From Thermodesulfobacteriota bacterium (GTDB lineage Bacteria; Desulfobacterota; Binatia; Binatales; Binataceae), in assembly GCA_046728175.1 (NCBI GenBank), contig JBKPEA010000029.1:5502-69501 (forward strand): a DNA stretch of 64,000 nt. The letters are read 5' to 3'. Position 1 is the stretch's first letter; each line of letters opens with the position of its first letter. Positions 45,637-57,800 of this stretch are shown here, one piece after another. The notes under the pieces were generated by a model. It searched no databases. It was not told the origin of the DNA and was given only the letters and a program-made list of their open reading frames with translations. The translations under genes and the position numbers were made by a program.

Positions 45637-45863
45637 GCCCGAACCATCTTTTGTTGCATTTTCGCACGCACGGGGCAACCAAGTGTCAGCCGACCTGTGT
45701 CGGCAGGGACCCCGAGAGCCCGCCAACCGCGCAGCGCCGGAAGCCAGGTAGAAATTTTGGCGAGCCCGCCGTGATATATAGCTAGGCGCGGGACCACCTG
45801 CCCACGGTGAAGTGTGCCGATGAGGAAGACCAACGGGAGTCGCTTGACGTGAAAGGGGTTCCA

Positions 45864-46736
45864 ATGCTCAGGCCCGGTGCCTACAGCGATGGGCACCCGC
45901 TCGATACCGTTCACTATCTTGAGTGCAAACTGATCCTTAAGCCCGATCGCTTTACATCGCCGCCAACTTTTCACGAGTTTGGCAGGCTGGCGCAGCGCGT
46001 CGCGAAGGATCTCGATTTAGGCTTTTCAACCGGCGACTTCAAAGATTTGAGACCGCGAATCCGGGAGGTGGTGTTTCTCGACACCAGGGATTTCGCCCTG
46101 TACAACCGTGCGTTTATCCTTCGCCGCCGTATCGCTTACGAGGACGGCTTTCCGATCGGAGATCCGGAAATCGTATTCAAGTTTCGGCATCCGGACCTCC
46201 AGACCGCCGCGGAAATGGACGTGCGGCCCAACATCGCGACCACCTACCGAATCAAGTTCAAAGCCGAGGCTCTCCCGTTGAAAGAGAAGCTGGGCGGTCT
46301 TCGCATGTTGTATTCGCACAACGTCGAATTTCCGTTGCAGCGCGAAATGCAGGCGGTGTCGCTGGCGGCACTGGCCGACTTCTTTCCTGCCCTGGGGAAG
46401 CTCGGCAGGTCGACCAAGAAGATCTCGCTCGTTAATCACACCATCGTCGAGGAAGTGTTGCAGGATCTCGGAGTGTTGGACTTCGGCAAGGGAGTTACCG
46501 CCAAGTGCAACGCCGCATTGTGGCGCGAACGGGGCGAGCACAGGCTGCTGGTCGGCGAATTTTCCTACGAGTGCAAGTTCAGACGCCGAAACGAACTCCA
46601 CGAAAAAGCTCTCGATCGATGCAAACGCTTTTTCATCGCCCTACAAGACGTCGCCCGGGATTGGATCTCGGTTGGGACTACCAAGACCGGAATCGTCTAT
46701 CACTTGAAGGGCAATCCGCCGCGCAGTCACGAGTGA
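45864..46736 (+). CDS. hypothetical protein (about 290 aa; possibly CYTH-like)
   Basis: An AAAGGGG ribosome-binding site lies 6 nt before the ATG. ExK-type motifs are present (YLECKLIL, EFSYECKF). No confident domain call can be made. Confidence 0.45.
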   Translation: MLRPGAYSDGHPLDTVHYLECKLILKPDRFTSPPTFHEFGRLAQRVAKDLDLGFSTGDFKDLRPRIREVVFLDTRDFALYNRAFILRRRIAYEDGFPIGDPEIVFKFRHPDLQTAAEMDVRPNIATTYRIKFKAEALPLKEKLGGLRMLYSHNVEFPLQREMQAVSLAALADFFPALGKLGRSTKKISLVNHTIVEEVLQDLGVLDFGKGVTAKCNAALWRERGEHRLLVGEFSYECKFRRRNELHEKALDRCKRFFIALQDVARDWISVGTTKTGIVYHLKGNPPRSHE

Positions 46737-46764
46737 CCGTCCGCGCTTAAACGAACCCCCTCGC

Positions 46765-49032
46765 TTAGTGCGGTCCGGGTACTTCGAACCACACGGTCGC
46801 CAGTGGCGGGAGCGTTATCGAGATCGAGCAAGGCAGTCCATGCCAGGGCGTATGATCGGCATATGCGGCGCCGGCGTTTCCCTGGTTGCTGCCACCGTAA
46901 ATCGTCGCGTCGGTATTCAGCACCTCCCGATACAAACCCGCAACCGGAACCCCAACCCGGTAGCCCCTGCGCACTACCGGCGAGAAATTGCAGACACAAA
47001 CCACTCGGTCCCCTGAAGAGGGTGCCGTGCGCATGAAGGCGATCGCATTCTCATCGGCGTTGTTCGCGTCGATCCAGCGAAAGCCCGCGGGGTCGTGATC
47101 GGCTTCCCATAACGCCCGCTGGCCGCGGTAGATGCGATTGAGATCGCGAATCAGTGCCTGCAGTCCGCGATGGTCCGGTTCGCCGAGCAGGTTCCAGTCG
47201 AGGCTCTGGTCGTGGTTCCATTCGCGCCATTGGCCAAACTCACCCCCCATGAAAAGAATTTTCTTGCCGGAGCGAGCCCACATGTAGCCGAACAGCGCGC
47301 GCAAGTTGGCGAATTTTTGCCATCGGTCGCCGGGCATTTTGTCCAGCAACGAGCGCTTTCCGTACACGACTTCGTCGTGAGAAAGCGGCAGGACGAAATT
47401 TTCGAACCACGCGTAGACGAACCCGAACGTCAGATCGCGATGGGAGTAGCGCCGATACACCGGATCCTTGGCGAAATAGTCAAGCGTGTCATGCATCCAG
47501 CCCATGTCCCATTTGAAACCAAATCCGAGGCCACCCACGTAGAGGGGCCGGCTGACCCCCGTCCACGCGGTCGATTCTTCGGCGATCATCGCGACGCCTG
47601 GATGCCGTGCATAAACCTGTTGGTTCAGTTCGCGCAAAAACGCGACTGCCTGGAGGTTCTCGTTGCCGCCATGGACGTTGGGAATCCACTCGCCGGAACG
47701 TCTTCCGTAATCCAGGTAGAGCATCGATGAGACCGCATCGACGCGCAACCCGTCGGCGTGAAATTCGTCCAGCCAATACTGCGCACTCCCGAGCAGGAAG
47801 CTGCGAACCTCGTCGCGCCCAAAATTGAAGATGTAGGTATTCCATTGCGGATGGTAACCCTGGAGCGGATCGGCGTGTTCGAACAGCGCAGTGCCGTCAA
47901 AGCGGCCGAGGGAGAATTCATCGGTAGGAAAATGAGCTGGCACCCAATCCAGAATCACCCCGATGCCGCTCTGATGGAGGCGATCGATCAGGTAGCGAAA
48001 GTCATCGGGCGATCCATAGCGTGCCGTCGGTGAGTAATAACCGGTCGTTTCGTACCCCCAGGAGCCGGCGAACGGATGCTCCATTACCGGCAAGAATTCG
48101 ACGTGCGTGAATCCCAGGTTCGTAACGTAGTCACATAGCTGGTTGGCCAGTTCCCGGTAGGAGAGCGGCCGATTGCCCTCCTCTGGCACTCGGCGCCATG
48201 AGCCAAGATGGAGTTCATATATCGCCATCGGACTGCGCAGCGTGTCGCGACCTGCGCGTGCGGACATCCACGCTCCGTCATTAAACGAGTAGTTCGATTG
48301 ATAGACCCGCGACGCGGTCGCGGGCGGACATTCGGTGGCCGACGCGAATGGATCGCTCTTGAGCAGAAAGCCGCCGTCCTGGGTGCGGATCTCGTACTTG
48401 TAAAAGGTACCTGCGCCCAGGTCCGGAATGAACAGCTCCCAAACCCCGGAGCTGCCCAGCATCCGCATCATGTGGAGCCTTCCGTCCCAGCCGTTGAAGT
48501 CACCGACCACGCTGATGCCGGCCGCGTTGGGCGCCCATACCGCAAACGAGGTCCCGGAGACACCCGCGACTTCGCAGACATGAGCGCCTATCTTCTTCCA
48601 GATCTGCTCATGCTTCTGTTCCGCCCATAAATAGATGTCCATGTCACCGAGGGTTGGCGGAAAGGAATATGGCTGCCGCACGGTGACCCGATGGTTGCCG
48701 GGATATTCGACCTCCAGCCGATGACGAAAGATCTCGGGGCCTTTTTCGGGGACCGCCACTTCAAACAACCCGGGTTCCGGTCGCGCAATCATTTCGCGCG
48801 GCGCCTGGTCGTCAAGGAGCAAGGAAATCTGCACCGCCTCGGGGCGATAGGCGCGGATGATTGCGCCGCCATTGGTCAGATGGGCTCCCAGGATCGAATG
48901 AGGATCGCGATGCCGAAGCTCAAGGAGGCGTGTCAGGTCATCGCGCGGAATAGCGGAGACGCGGCCACCACCATTCCGGTCTGTCGGGCCGTGCGACGCA
49001 GTGGGTGTGGGTTGGTCAGTCCTTTCAGTCAT
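46765..49032 (-). CDS. glgB: 1,4-alpha-glucan branching enzyme
   Basis: The protein is 755 aa. GH13 catalytic regions are present (GFTHVEFLPV, DGLRVDAV, EESTAW). Confidence 0.92.
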   Translation of the reverse strand: MTERTDQPTPTASHGPTDRNGGGRVSAIPRDDLTRLLELRHRDPHSILGAHLTNGGAIIRAYRPEAVQISLLLDDQAPREMIARPEPGLFEVAVPEKGPEIFRHRLEVEYPGNHRVTVRQPYSFPPTLGDMDIYLWAEQKHEQIWKKIGAHVCEVAGVSGTSFAVWAPNAAGISVVGDFNGWDGRLHMMRMLGSSGVWELFIPDLGAGTFYKYEIRTQDGGFLLKSDPFASATECPPATASRVYQSNYSFNDGAWMSARAGRDTLRSPMAIYELHLGSWRRVPEEGNRPLSYRELANQLCDYVTNLGFTHVEFLPVMEHPFAGSWGYETTGYYSPTARYGSPDDFRYLIDRLHQSGIGVILDWVPAHFPTDEFSLGRFDGTALFEHADPLQGYHPQWNTYIFNFGRDEVRSFLLGSAQYWLDEFHADGLRVDAVSSMLYLDYGRRSGEWIPNVHGGNENLQAVAFLRELNQQVYARHPGVAMIAEESTAWTGVSRPLYVGGLGFGFKWDMGWMHDTLDYFAKDPVYRRYSHRDLTFGFVYAWFENFVLPLSHDEVVYGKRSLLDKMPGDRWQKFANLRALFGYMWARSGKKILFMGGEFGQWREWNHDQSLDWNLLGEPDHRGLQALIRDLNRIYRGQRALWEADHDPAGFRWIDANNADENAIAFMRTAPSSGDRVVCVCNFSPVVRRGYRVGVPVAGLYREVLNTDATIYGGSNQGNAGAAYADHTPWHGLPCSISITLPPLATVWFEVPGPH

Positions 49033-49083
49033 GAGCAGTCCTTCCAGGGAAGCTACGCTCGCCGCTCGTTCCGTCCCGTCACT

Positions 49084-52000
49084 TCACGCCCGCGCTTCTC
49101 CTGCTGCCGGACCGAGTATCGTCGCGATTCCGCTCAGAGGGATCAGCAGCCAATCGGGGCGATTGTTCAGCTCGTAGCCAAGCTCGTACACGGCCTTTTC
49201 CATCGTGAAGGCTTCCAGCATGGTTTTGAGCTCGGCGGGATTCTGGGGAACAAAGGGTGCTTTCCCCGTCGTTTCCAGATAGCCGCGCAGGAAGGCCCAC
49301 GAAGCCCACGCCTGCCAAAAGTTTGCCCACGGCTCCGCGGTGTGCAGGTTCATTTCGCCCAACGTCCCGGCGTTGAGTCGCTGAATGGTCGCGCTCATAG
49401 CGGCGTAGTGGAACGAGCGCAGCACTCCCGCCACGTCCTGCAGCGCGCAACGTTTGCGGCGCCGCTCGCTCAATTCGCGGGCCGGTTCGCCTTCGAAATC
49501 GATGATTACGAAGTCCTTGCCGGTGTACAGAACCTGACCGAGATGCAGATCACCGTGACATCGCATGCGGACCACCGAAGGTCGGCAGCGCAGGAAGGCG
49601 TCGAAACGCGCCACGATTTCGGCCTGTCGATCGATGATCATCTGGGTTTGCCCCGCCAGCTCCTTGGGAATGACCGGACGCCGACGGTTCACTGTCCGAA
49701 TCGCCTGCGTCAGCAGATTCCGCATCGACTGGTAGGACGACCGTTGAAAGAAAGCCGAGAAGGGCTCCGGCGCAAACTCGGGCTCACTCTGGTTGGAGGC
49801 CAGCGCGAGATGAAGTTCGCCAACCCGATGACCCAGCAGCCGCGCCGCATCCAGGTAAGCACCCAGCAACTCAACCGCGAGCGGGTCCGCTTCCTCGCGC
49901 GCGAGCAGATCGAGCGCGTTGGTCGCGGGCGTTTGGGCCAACGCCGGTTTGGTGGCGGCGGTCTCCAGGTAGTGCGAGAGTTCGTCGATCGAGAACTGCC
50001 AGGCGTCTCCCTTGTTGGGCACGAAGCCCTGCAACACCGCGACCGTATCCCGCTCGTCGCGTCCAAAGCGATACTCGAGCCAGCCCGCCAGCGGCGGCAC
50101 ATGCGAAAAGAGACCGTGGGAGGTCAGAAAGCGCGTGATCTCGAGATCCGGATTCAAGCCGCTTTCGAGCCGCCGGAAAAGTTTCAAAATGAGGCGGTCG
50201 CCGTAGGCAATCGACGTATTGCTTTGCTCGACTTTGAGAGCCCGCGGTTCAAGGACGGCGTCACCGCGAAGTTCCGATAGCGCATGGGTCGAGTATGCCA
50301 ACAACTCTCCGGTGGCGCCGTGGTGGTGTCGATGATGGGTGATCATGTCCAGCAGCGCCGTTCCAAATTCCGGATCAATCGCTGCGTCGTACACCACCCC
50401 GGCTTGGTCTCCGTTGCTGCCGGCGCCGGTGACCTCCGCAATCACCCGCTCGGGAGCCCGCGATCTCACCTCCCGCGCACGATCGCCTGCCGCTATCGCG
50501 AGCGGCAGCAAGTACCTTTCGGGGTCTCCATTGGTGTAGTCGACATTCAGCACGCCGAGGTGCGGAGCGTGCGGTGCTTCCGACATGGGCAAGGTTTCCA
50601 TCACCGTGACTGACTTGATCGAACGAGCCTTGGCTCGAAACCAGCGGCAGTGCGGCAGATAGTCCGGCATGGCGCGCGCGATGGTTTCGCGTGCTCCTCT
50701 TCGCAACATGGCGTCGAAGCTAGCGCTCGCTTCAAGGTGCGGCGGCTGGTAGTCCGAGCGCTCCTCGGGGGCGTGCTTGGGCGATTCGATGGAAAACCAG
50801 AAGAACGTGTGCGGTCCCAGGGTCAGCAGATAGGGCAGTTCGCCGATTTTCGGGAAGCTTGCACGCCCGAACAGCTCCACCGGCGTCATGTCCTTGAACA
50901 TGGACAGATCGAGTTCGACGTATTGAACAAAGCGCGAAAGGTTTGCGACCACCAGGATGCGTTCCTCCTGGTAGCTGCGGAGGAATGCGAGAATGTGGGA
51001 ATTCTCGGGATTGAGGAATTCGATGGAGCCGCGGCCGAAGGCCTGGAATTGTTTGCGCAGCGCGATCAGCCGCCGCATCCACCACAACAGTGAGTGGCGG
51101 TTTGCATCCTGCGCTTCGACGTTGATGGTCTGGTAGTGGTACTCGTAGTCGATGATTATGGGCAGGATCAGTTGCTGCGGGTTGGCGGTGGAGAACCCGG
51201 CGTTGCGATCCGCCGCCCATTGCATCGGGGTGCGGACCCCGTCGCGATCACCGAGGTAGACGTTGTCGCCCATTCCGATCTCGTCGCCATAGTAGATGAC
51301 CGGCGTCCCCGGCAGCGAAAACAGCAGAGCGTTGTTGAGCTCGATGGTCCGCCGATTGTTCCCCAAAAGCGGCGCCAGACGGCGGCGGATACCCAGGTTG
51401 ATGCGCATGCGTGCTTCCTGCGCATACGCCTTGTACATGTAGTCGCGCTCCTCGTCGGTGACCATCTCGAGCGTCAACTCGTCGTGATTGCGAAGAAACA
51501 GTGCCCACTGGCACGAGGGATCAATCTCGGGAGTCTGGGCCCAGATGTCAGTAAACGGAAAACGATCTTCCATCCGCACTGACATGAACATTCGCGGCAT
51601 GAGCGGGAAATGGAATGCCATGTGACATTCCTTGCCTTCCGCCAGGTAGGTGACCGCGCTTTCGGGCCACTGATTGGCTTCGGCGAGGATCATGCGGTCG
51701 GCGAAATTGGCGTCTACATAGTGCCTCAATTCGCGCAGGAACGCGTGAGTCTCGGGAAGGTTTTCGCAGCCGGTTCCTTCCCGTTTGTAGAGATAGGGGA
51801 CCGCGTCAAGCCGCAGGCCATCAACTCCTAGACCCAGCCAGAAGGAAACCACCCGCAAGATCTCGCGGCGCACCGCCGGATTGTCGTAGTTGAGATCGGG
51901 CTGATGTGAATAGAAACGATGGAAGTAGTACGCCTTGGCCACGCGATCCCAGGACCAGTTGGATTGCTCAAAGTCCTGAAAGATGATTCGCGCGTCCTTG

Positions 52001-52443
52001 TAGCGCTCGGGCGTGTCGCTCCAGATGTAGTAATCGCGGTGCGCGCTACCGTCCGGTGATTGGCGTGCGCGCTGGAACCAGTCGTGTCGGTCGGACGTAT
52101 GATTCAGCACCAATTCGGTGACTACTTTGAGGCCTCGCTGATGGGCCTCGCGCAGAAACAGCTTGAAGTCTGACAGTGTGCCGCACTCCGGATGAACGTC
52201 CGTATAATTCGCAATGTCGTATCCATCATCGCGCATCGGCGAGGGGTAAAAGGGTAATAGCCAGAGTGTGGTAACTCCCAGCGCCTGGAGGTAATCAAGT
52301 TTCTTTGCGAGTCCGGGAAAATCTCCGACCCCGTCGCCATTGCTGTCATAGAATGAGCGCACGCGCAGTTCATAGAAAACCGCATCTTTGTACCAGAGCG
52401 GGTCGCGCTTTACGCCATTTTCGGTTCTGTGCTCTGAGGCCAT
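49084..52443 (-). CDS. treS: trehalose synthase (maltose alpha-D-glucosyltransferase) fused to maltokinase (TreS-Pep2/Mak)
   Basis: The protein is 1119 aa. The N-terminal GH13 TreS has [17 protein letters not shown] and VLNHTSD. The C-terminal 450 aa is a kinase-like maltokinase domain ([10 protein letters not shown]). Confidence 0.9.
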   Translation of the reverse strand: MASEHRTENGVKRDPLWYKDAVFYELRVRSFYDSNGDGVGDFPGLAKKLDYLQALGVTTLWLLPFYPSPMRDDGYDIANYTDVHPECGTLSDFKLFLREAHQRGLKVVTELVLNHTSDRHDWFQRARQSPDGSAHRDYYIWSDTPERYKDARIIFQDFEQSNWSWDRVAKAYYFHRFYSHQPDLNYDNPAVRREILRVVSFWLGLGVDGLRLDAVPYLYKREGTGCENLPETHAFLRELRHYVDANFADRMILAEANQWPESAVTYLAEGKECHMAFHFPLMPRMFMSVRMEDRFPFTDIWAQTPEIDPSCQWALFLRNHDELTLEMVTDEERDYMYKAYAQEARMRINLGIRRRLAPLLGNNRRTIELNNALLFSLPGTPVIYYGDEIGMGDNVYLGDRDGVRTPMQWAADRNAGFSTANPQQLILPIIIDYEYHYQTINVEAQDANRHSLLWWMRRLIALRKQFQAFGRGSIEFLNPENSHILAFLRSYQEERILVVANLSRFVQYVELDLSMFKDMTPVELFGRASFPKIGELPYLLTLGPHTFFWFSIESPKHAPEERSDYQPPHLEASASFDAMLRRGARETIARAMPDYLPHCRWFRAKARSIKSVTVMETLPMSEAPHAPHLGVLNVDYTNGDPERYLLPLAIAAGDRAREVRSRAPERVIAEVTGAGSNGDQAGVVYDAAIDPEFGTALLDMITHHRHHHGATGELLAYSTHALSELRGDAVLEPRALKVEQSNTSIAYGDRLILKLFRRLESGLNPDLEITRFLTSHGLFSHVPPLAGWLEYRFGRDERDTVAVLQGFVPNKGDAWQFSIDELSHYLETAATKPALAQTPATNALDLLAREEADPLAVELLGAYLDAARLLGHRVGELHLALASNQSEPEFAPEPFSAFFQRSSYQSMRNLLTQAIRTVNRRRPVIPKELAGQTQMIIDRQAEIVARFDAFLRCRPSVVRMRCHGDLHLGQVLYTGKDFVIIDFEGEPARELSERRRKRCALQDVAGVLRSFHYAAMSATIQRLNAGTLGEMNLHTAEPWANFWQAWASWAFLRGYLETTGKAPFVPQNPAELKTMLEAFTMEKAVYELGYELNNRPDWLLIPLSGIATILGPAAGEARA

Positions 52444-52447
52444 GCGA

Positions 52448-54433
52448 CTACCATCGAGTATCGACCCTCAGGATATGGGCCGGTTCTATGAACGGATCGA
52501 GACGCACGTAATTGCGCTCCGACCAGGTATAGGTGGCGTTGGTCAGGAGATCGGTCACGCGATAGGACTGCCCAGGCGCCACGCCCACGACCTCGGGCGG
52601 AACGAACGCGGTGCAAATTTGTGGATGGAGGGGGTCGAGATTCACGGCGGTCAGGATGACGTTGGAACGATCCTGCATCGCCTTGGCGTAGAGAATGATT
52701 TGCTCGTTGTCGGTGTCCAGGAAACGCAGATTCGATAGATGTTGCAGGGCAGGATTAGCCCGGCGAATCGCGTTGACCCGCGCGATGAATTCTTTGATGT
52801 TGCCGGGCCGGTTCCAATCGCGCGGCTTGAGCTGGTATTTCTCGGAATCCAGGTACTCCTCGGTGCCGGGTACCGCCTGATTTTCGCAGAGTTCGTAGCC
52901 GCTGTAGATGCCATAGGAGGGTGCGAGGGTCGCGGCGAGCACCAACCTCATTTTGAACGCAGGACGCCCGCCACTCTGGAGCACTGCATGCAGGATATCG
53001 GGTGTGTTGGTGAAGAAATTGGGTCTGAAATAGTCATGCATCGGGCTTTGCGTTAGTTCAGTCAGGTACTGGGTCAATTCATATTTGGTGTTGCGCCAGG
53101 TGAAATAGGTATAAGACTGAGTAAAACCGGCCTTGGCCAGCACCTTCATCATCTTTGGTCGCGTAAAGGCCTCCGCCAGGAAAATTACCTCCGGATAAAC
53201 CGACTGCACTGCGTTTATCAGCCACTCCCAGAAGGCGACTGGCTTGGTGTGGGGGTTGTCGACCCGGAAGATTGTCACTCCCTGTTCGATCCAGAATCGG
53301 ATCACGCCCAACAACTCTTCCAGCAATCCGCGCTGGTCGGCAGTATCGAAGTCGACGGGGTAGACGTCCTGATACTCCTTGGGAGGATTCTCCGCGTACT
53401 TGATGGAACCGTCCGGTCGCCGGTGAAACCATTCGGGGTGCTCCTTGACCCATGGGTGATCCGGCGAAGTCTGAATCGCGAAGTCGAGGGCGACCTCCAA
53501 ACCAAGGTTGTTGGCGGCCAGGACAAAGCTCCGGAAGTCCTCGAGTGTTCCAAGGTCAGGATGGATAGCAGTGTGCCCGCCGGTTTCTGCCCCGATAGCC
53601 CAGGGACTTCCGACCGCATTGCTTCCGTCCGGGGAATTGCCCGGACCTTTGCGGTTGGTATGACCAATCGGATGAACCGGCGGAAGGTAGACCACGTCGA
53701 AACCGAGGTCGCGGAGCTCCGAGAGGCGGCGCCCGGCATCGCGCAAGGTGCCGGAGCGCTCGGCGGAGCCCCGCTGGGAGCGGACGAACATCTCGTACCA
53801 AGCGCCGAATCGAGCCCTGGGGCGATCGACGACCAGTTCGAGCAGAGGATCAAAGCGAGTGAGGCCGCTGCGCTCTCCGGTACGCGCCGCCACGGCCACG
53901 AGCTCGGGATGAGAGAGAACCTCGAGCGCCGCGCTCTCGTTGTTGCTCGCCCGCAGCCGCTGCACGCAGTCGCGGAGTAATTCCGCATCGCGATCGCGCG
54001 CTGTGCGAACCATGCGCTCCAACAGCGCAATGCCTTCGCGCAGATCCGAAAGGACGCGCCGGCCGGCCTGCGCCTTCTTGATAAAATCGCTGCTCCATGT
54101 AGCAAAGAGGTCAGTCCAGGCTGCGATGGTGAATACATAGCGGGCGTTCTCCGCGGGTACGAACTCGCCACGCCAGCGGTCGTTGTCGAGCGCGACCATC
54201 GGTGCCTCGCCAAACGCCTCCTCGTCTTTGCGCTTCCATTCCACGGCAGCGCGCAGGACCTGGTGGCCGTCACGGAAAATGTCCGCTTCGACCACGCAGG
54301 GCTCGCCGACAATTTGCTTCGCTGGATATCTCCCGCCATCAACTGAGGGAGTGATGGACTCTATGATGATGTGCCCGACTTGCCAATCCGGGGCAGCAGG
54401 GAGGGTTTCGTTCCTGAATTGACGAGACCGCAT
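52448..54433 (-). CDS. glgE: alpha-1,4-glucan:maltose-1-phosphate maltosyltransferase
   Basis: The protein is 661 aa with a GlgE-type N-terminus and GH13_3 catalytic core ([10 protein letters not shown]). There is a 4-bp gap to treS. Confidence 0.88.
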   Translation of the reverse strand: MRSRQFRNETLPAAPDWQVGHIIIESITPSVDGGRYPAKQIVGEPCVVEADIFRDGHQVLRAAVEWKRKDEEAFGEAPMVALDNDRWRGEFVPAENARYVFTIAAWTDLFATWSSDFIKKAQAGRRVLSDLREGIALLERMVRTARDRDAELLRDCVQRLRASNNESAALEVLSHPELVAVAARTGERSGLTRFDPLLELVVDRPRARFGAWYEMFVRSQRGSAERSGTLRDAGRRLSELRDLGFDVVYLPPVHPIGHTNRKGPGNSPDGSNAVGSPWAIGAETGGHTAIHPDLGTLEDFRSFVLAANNLGLEVALDFAIQTSPDHPWVKEHPEWFHRRPDGSIKYAENPPKEYQDVYPVDFDTADQRGLLEELLGVIRFWIEQGVTIFRVDNPHTKPVAFWEWLINAVQSVYPEVIFLAEAFTRPKMMKVLAKAGFTQSYTYFTWRNTKYELTQYLTELTQSPMHDYFRPNFFTNTPDILHAVLQSGGRPAFKMRLVLAATLAPSYGIYSGYELCENQAVPGTEEYLDSEKYQLKPRDWNRPGNIKEFIARVNAIRRANPALQHLSNLRFLDTDNEQIILYAKAMQDRSNVILTAVNLDPLHPQICTAFVPPEVVGVAPGQSYRVTDLLTNATYTWSERNYVRLDPFIEPAHILRVDTRW

Positions 54434-54895
54434 TCGCTTGGACCTTTCGCAATTGATTCAAGGAGCGAGGCGCTGACTTCAAGCTCCGGCACTAAGGAAC
54501 AACACGATTTCTGGCCCCTCGCAGGTAGCAATGCACGCGCCGCCAGTCTACAGACGGTAATCCTTTCATTCGTTTTAGGCAAAACATTTTTCCATGAAGC
54601 ACAATGCGCGCTAGCGCGGTATTTTGCCCCACCGACGGATGGTGAGGTGAGCCTCTTTCCGGTAGCCTGCGCTGCGCAGCGAAGTGCGACGCGGAGGCCG
54701 TCGGGGGCGGATTGCGCCACGGCGGAAATCAGCGAAGCGCAGGTTTATCAGCGGATTTTTCGCGGGCGGAGCGTCGCCTTCACGCCCTTTTGGATCGAAA
54801 CTTGCCACGTTTGGAACGCTGCCCTATCCTTATCACGGCTGTGAAACGCCTTTCTGGCGTAGAAGCAAGCGCAGCTTCCGAAAGCCTCTCTGCCT

Positions 54896-57800
54896 ATGTG
54901 GATCGTCCGTCTAGCCCTGCGCCGTCCGCTCTCGGTTGCGGTCATGGCGCTTCTGATGTTGGTGCTGGGGGTCCTTTCCTTCTCGCTGATGAACGTCGAC
55001 ATTTTTCCTGCGATCAACCTGCCGGTGGTGATGGTGGTGTGGAACTACCCGGGGCTGTCGGCGTTCGATGTCGAGCGGCGGATGGTGTTTATCAGCGAGC
55101 GTGCGTACTCGACCACGGTCAATGACATCGAGCACATTGAATCCAGCTCGATTAATGGGCTGGGAATCCTCAAGGTCTATTTTCAGCCGGGTACCGACGT
55201 GGGCGGCGCGATCGCCCAGATCAACGCGGTGTCTCAGACCATCCTGAGCAACCTGCCGCGCGGTATTCAACCGCCGCAGATCATCTCCTACAACGCGTCC
55301 AACGTTCCGGTCGCGCAGCTCAACGTGTACAGCGACGTGCTCTCCACCGCCAGGCTGTTCGATTACGGACTGAACTTCATCCGCATTCAGCTGTTCACGA
55401 TTCCAGGGTTTTCTTCCCCCGCGCCCCTGGGCGGCGTGAGCCGCAACGTGATGGTCAATATCGACCCAACCAAGTTGTACGCCAACGGCCTTTCCGCATA
55501 CGACATCGGCAATTCGCTGGCCGCCAGCAACGTCGTGATTCCCTCCGGCAGCGCCAAGATGGGAAACTACCAGTACAACGTCGACGTCAACATGAGCTTC
55601 CCCACCGTAAGGGAGTTCAACAACCTGCCCGTCAAGTATGTTGGAGCTTCCCCGATCCTGCTGGGGAACGTCGCGCCGGTGACCGACTCGCATCAGCCCG
55701 CGACTAACGTCGTACGCGTCGATGGGCGCCAGGCGACCTACCTGATGGTCATCAAGCACGCCGATGCGTCGACACTGACCGTGGTCGACGCGGTCAGGAG
55801 CAAAATTCCGGAAATCCTGGCGACTGCGCCCCAGGGACTGAAGGTCGCGCTGGCATTTGATCAATCCAAGTTCGTGCGTGGCGCCCTGTGGGATGTCGTG
55901 CAGGAGGCAGTAAGCGCCGCCGCCCTGGTCGCGGTGATGGTGCTCATTTTTCTTGGCTCACCACGCAGCATGCTGATCGTCATCACCTCGATCCCGCTCT
56001 CAATTCTGACCGCCATCGTGGGTCTCAAGCTGAGCGGACAGACCATCAACACGATGACGCTGGGCGGAATTGCGCTGGCGGTCGGCATGCTGGTCGACGA
56101 TGCCACCGTGGAAATCGAGAACATCCACCGTAACCACGCCATGAATAAGCCGCTGCTGGTCGCGATTCTCGACGGCGCGCATCAGATCGCTACGCCGACC
56201 TTGGTGGGCACTCTTTCCATCTGCATCGTGTTTTTCCCGGTGGTCTTGCTCACGGGAGTGGCGCGGTTTCTGTTCACGCCCCTGGCGTTGGCGGTGGTGT
56301 TCGCGATGCTCACTTCCTACCTGCTGTCCCGGACGCTGGTGCCGACCATGGCCCGCTACCTGCTGGCCGACACTCACGAGGAGAACGTCGGCGGCGGAGC
56401 GGGGTGGTGGAGTCGCTTCGTGCGCGGCTTCGAAGCTTGCTTCGATCAGTTGCGGGACCGCTATCGGGACGTGCTCGGAACCTTTATCGCGCGCCGCACG
56501 TTTTCACTGGCCTGCGTCGCCGCACTGATCGTCGTTTCGATGGGCCTGCTGTTCACGGTGGGAGAGGATTTCTTTCCACCGGTGGATGCCGGCATGATGC
56601 GTCTGCACGTGCGCGCTCCTACCGGAACCCGCATCGAGCATACCGAGCTGCTGGTCGCCGACATCGAGCAAACCATTCGCAGCATCGTGCCGGCCGACGA
56701 GATCGAAAGCATCAGTGACAACATCGGCCTGCCGATTTCGTATGATCTTGCCTTTTATCAGACCGACAGCATCGGACCGCAGGACAGCGATATTCTGATC
56801 CAGCTCAAACCCGGGCATCGTCCCACTGGCGACTATCAGCGGGAGATACGCAAGGTCCTGGAAGCGCACTATCCGAACCTGACCGCGTACTTCCAGGCCG
56901 CCGATATCGTCGGCCAGGTGCTCAATTTCGGCCTCCCGGCGATGATCAATGCCCAGATCAACGGCAACAATCTGCAGAGCAACTACGATATCGCGTTGCG
57001 CCTTAAGGATAAGATGGCGCAGATTCCAGGCGTGGTCGACCTTCGGATCGGCCAGCCGCTCGATTATCCGGCCCTCAAGGTCGACGTCGATCGCGCGAAG
57101 GCGCTCCAGTTTGGCATCACGCAAACCCAGGTCGCGTCAAGCCTGCTCGCTTCGCTCAGCGGCGCGCAATTGCTGCAGCCCAATTTCTGGCTCGACCCGG
57201 TCAGCGGGGTTAACTACAACGTCATCGCGCAGGTGCCGCAGCAGGTCATCAGCTCGATAAACGCCCTGGCCAATATTCCGCTCAGCGCAACGCCGCAGAG
57301 CGCCTCCGTGCAGCAGGCGGCATCGCAGGACTCCACGGGCAACCAGCCGCAATTGCTTGGCAACCTCGCTACCGTCCATCGTGACTGGGACCCCGCGGTC
57401 GTCTCCCACTACAGTGTTCAGCGGGTGATCGATGTCAATTGCGCGGTATCGCGCCGCGACCTGGGCAGCGTCAGCGCCGACGTGCGGCGCGCGATCAACG
57501 GTCTGGGCAATCTACCAGCCGGGACTCACGTGGTCATTCGCGGACAGAGCGCGGCAATGAGTGAGTCCTTCGAGACCTTGGGTGAAGGACTGATCCTGGC
57601 AATTATCCTGGTCTACCTCCTGATGGTTGCGAATTTTCAGTCCTGGCTTGAGCCTTTCATCATCATGATGGCGGTGCCCGGCGCGCTGGCCGGGGTGCTG
57701 TGGATGCTGGTGATCACCGGCACGACGATTAACGTTGAATCATTGATGGGCGCGATAATGGCGGTCGGGGTTGGGGTCGCCAACGGCAACCTGCTGATAA

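Noticed and set aside
48691-50280. 529-aa plus-strand ORF
   Set aside because: It is antisense to treS-pep2 with no recognisable motifs. It is an artefact of the high-GC codon bias.
53302-54342. 346-aa ORF on the same strand as glgE in another frame
   Set aside because: It is an alternative frame inside glgE. Its Ser/Arg/Ala-rich translation has no homology.
54607-54618. 12-bp perfect palindrome CGCGCTAGCGCG upstream of the RND pump
   Set aside because: A short GC-only palindrome is expected by chance at this GC content. It is not positioned relative to any identifiable promoter.
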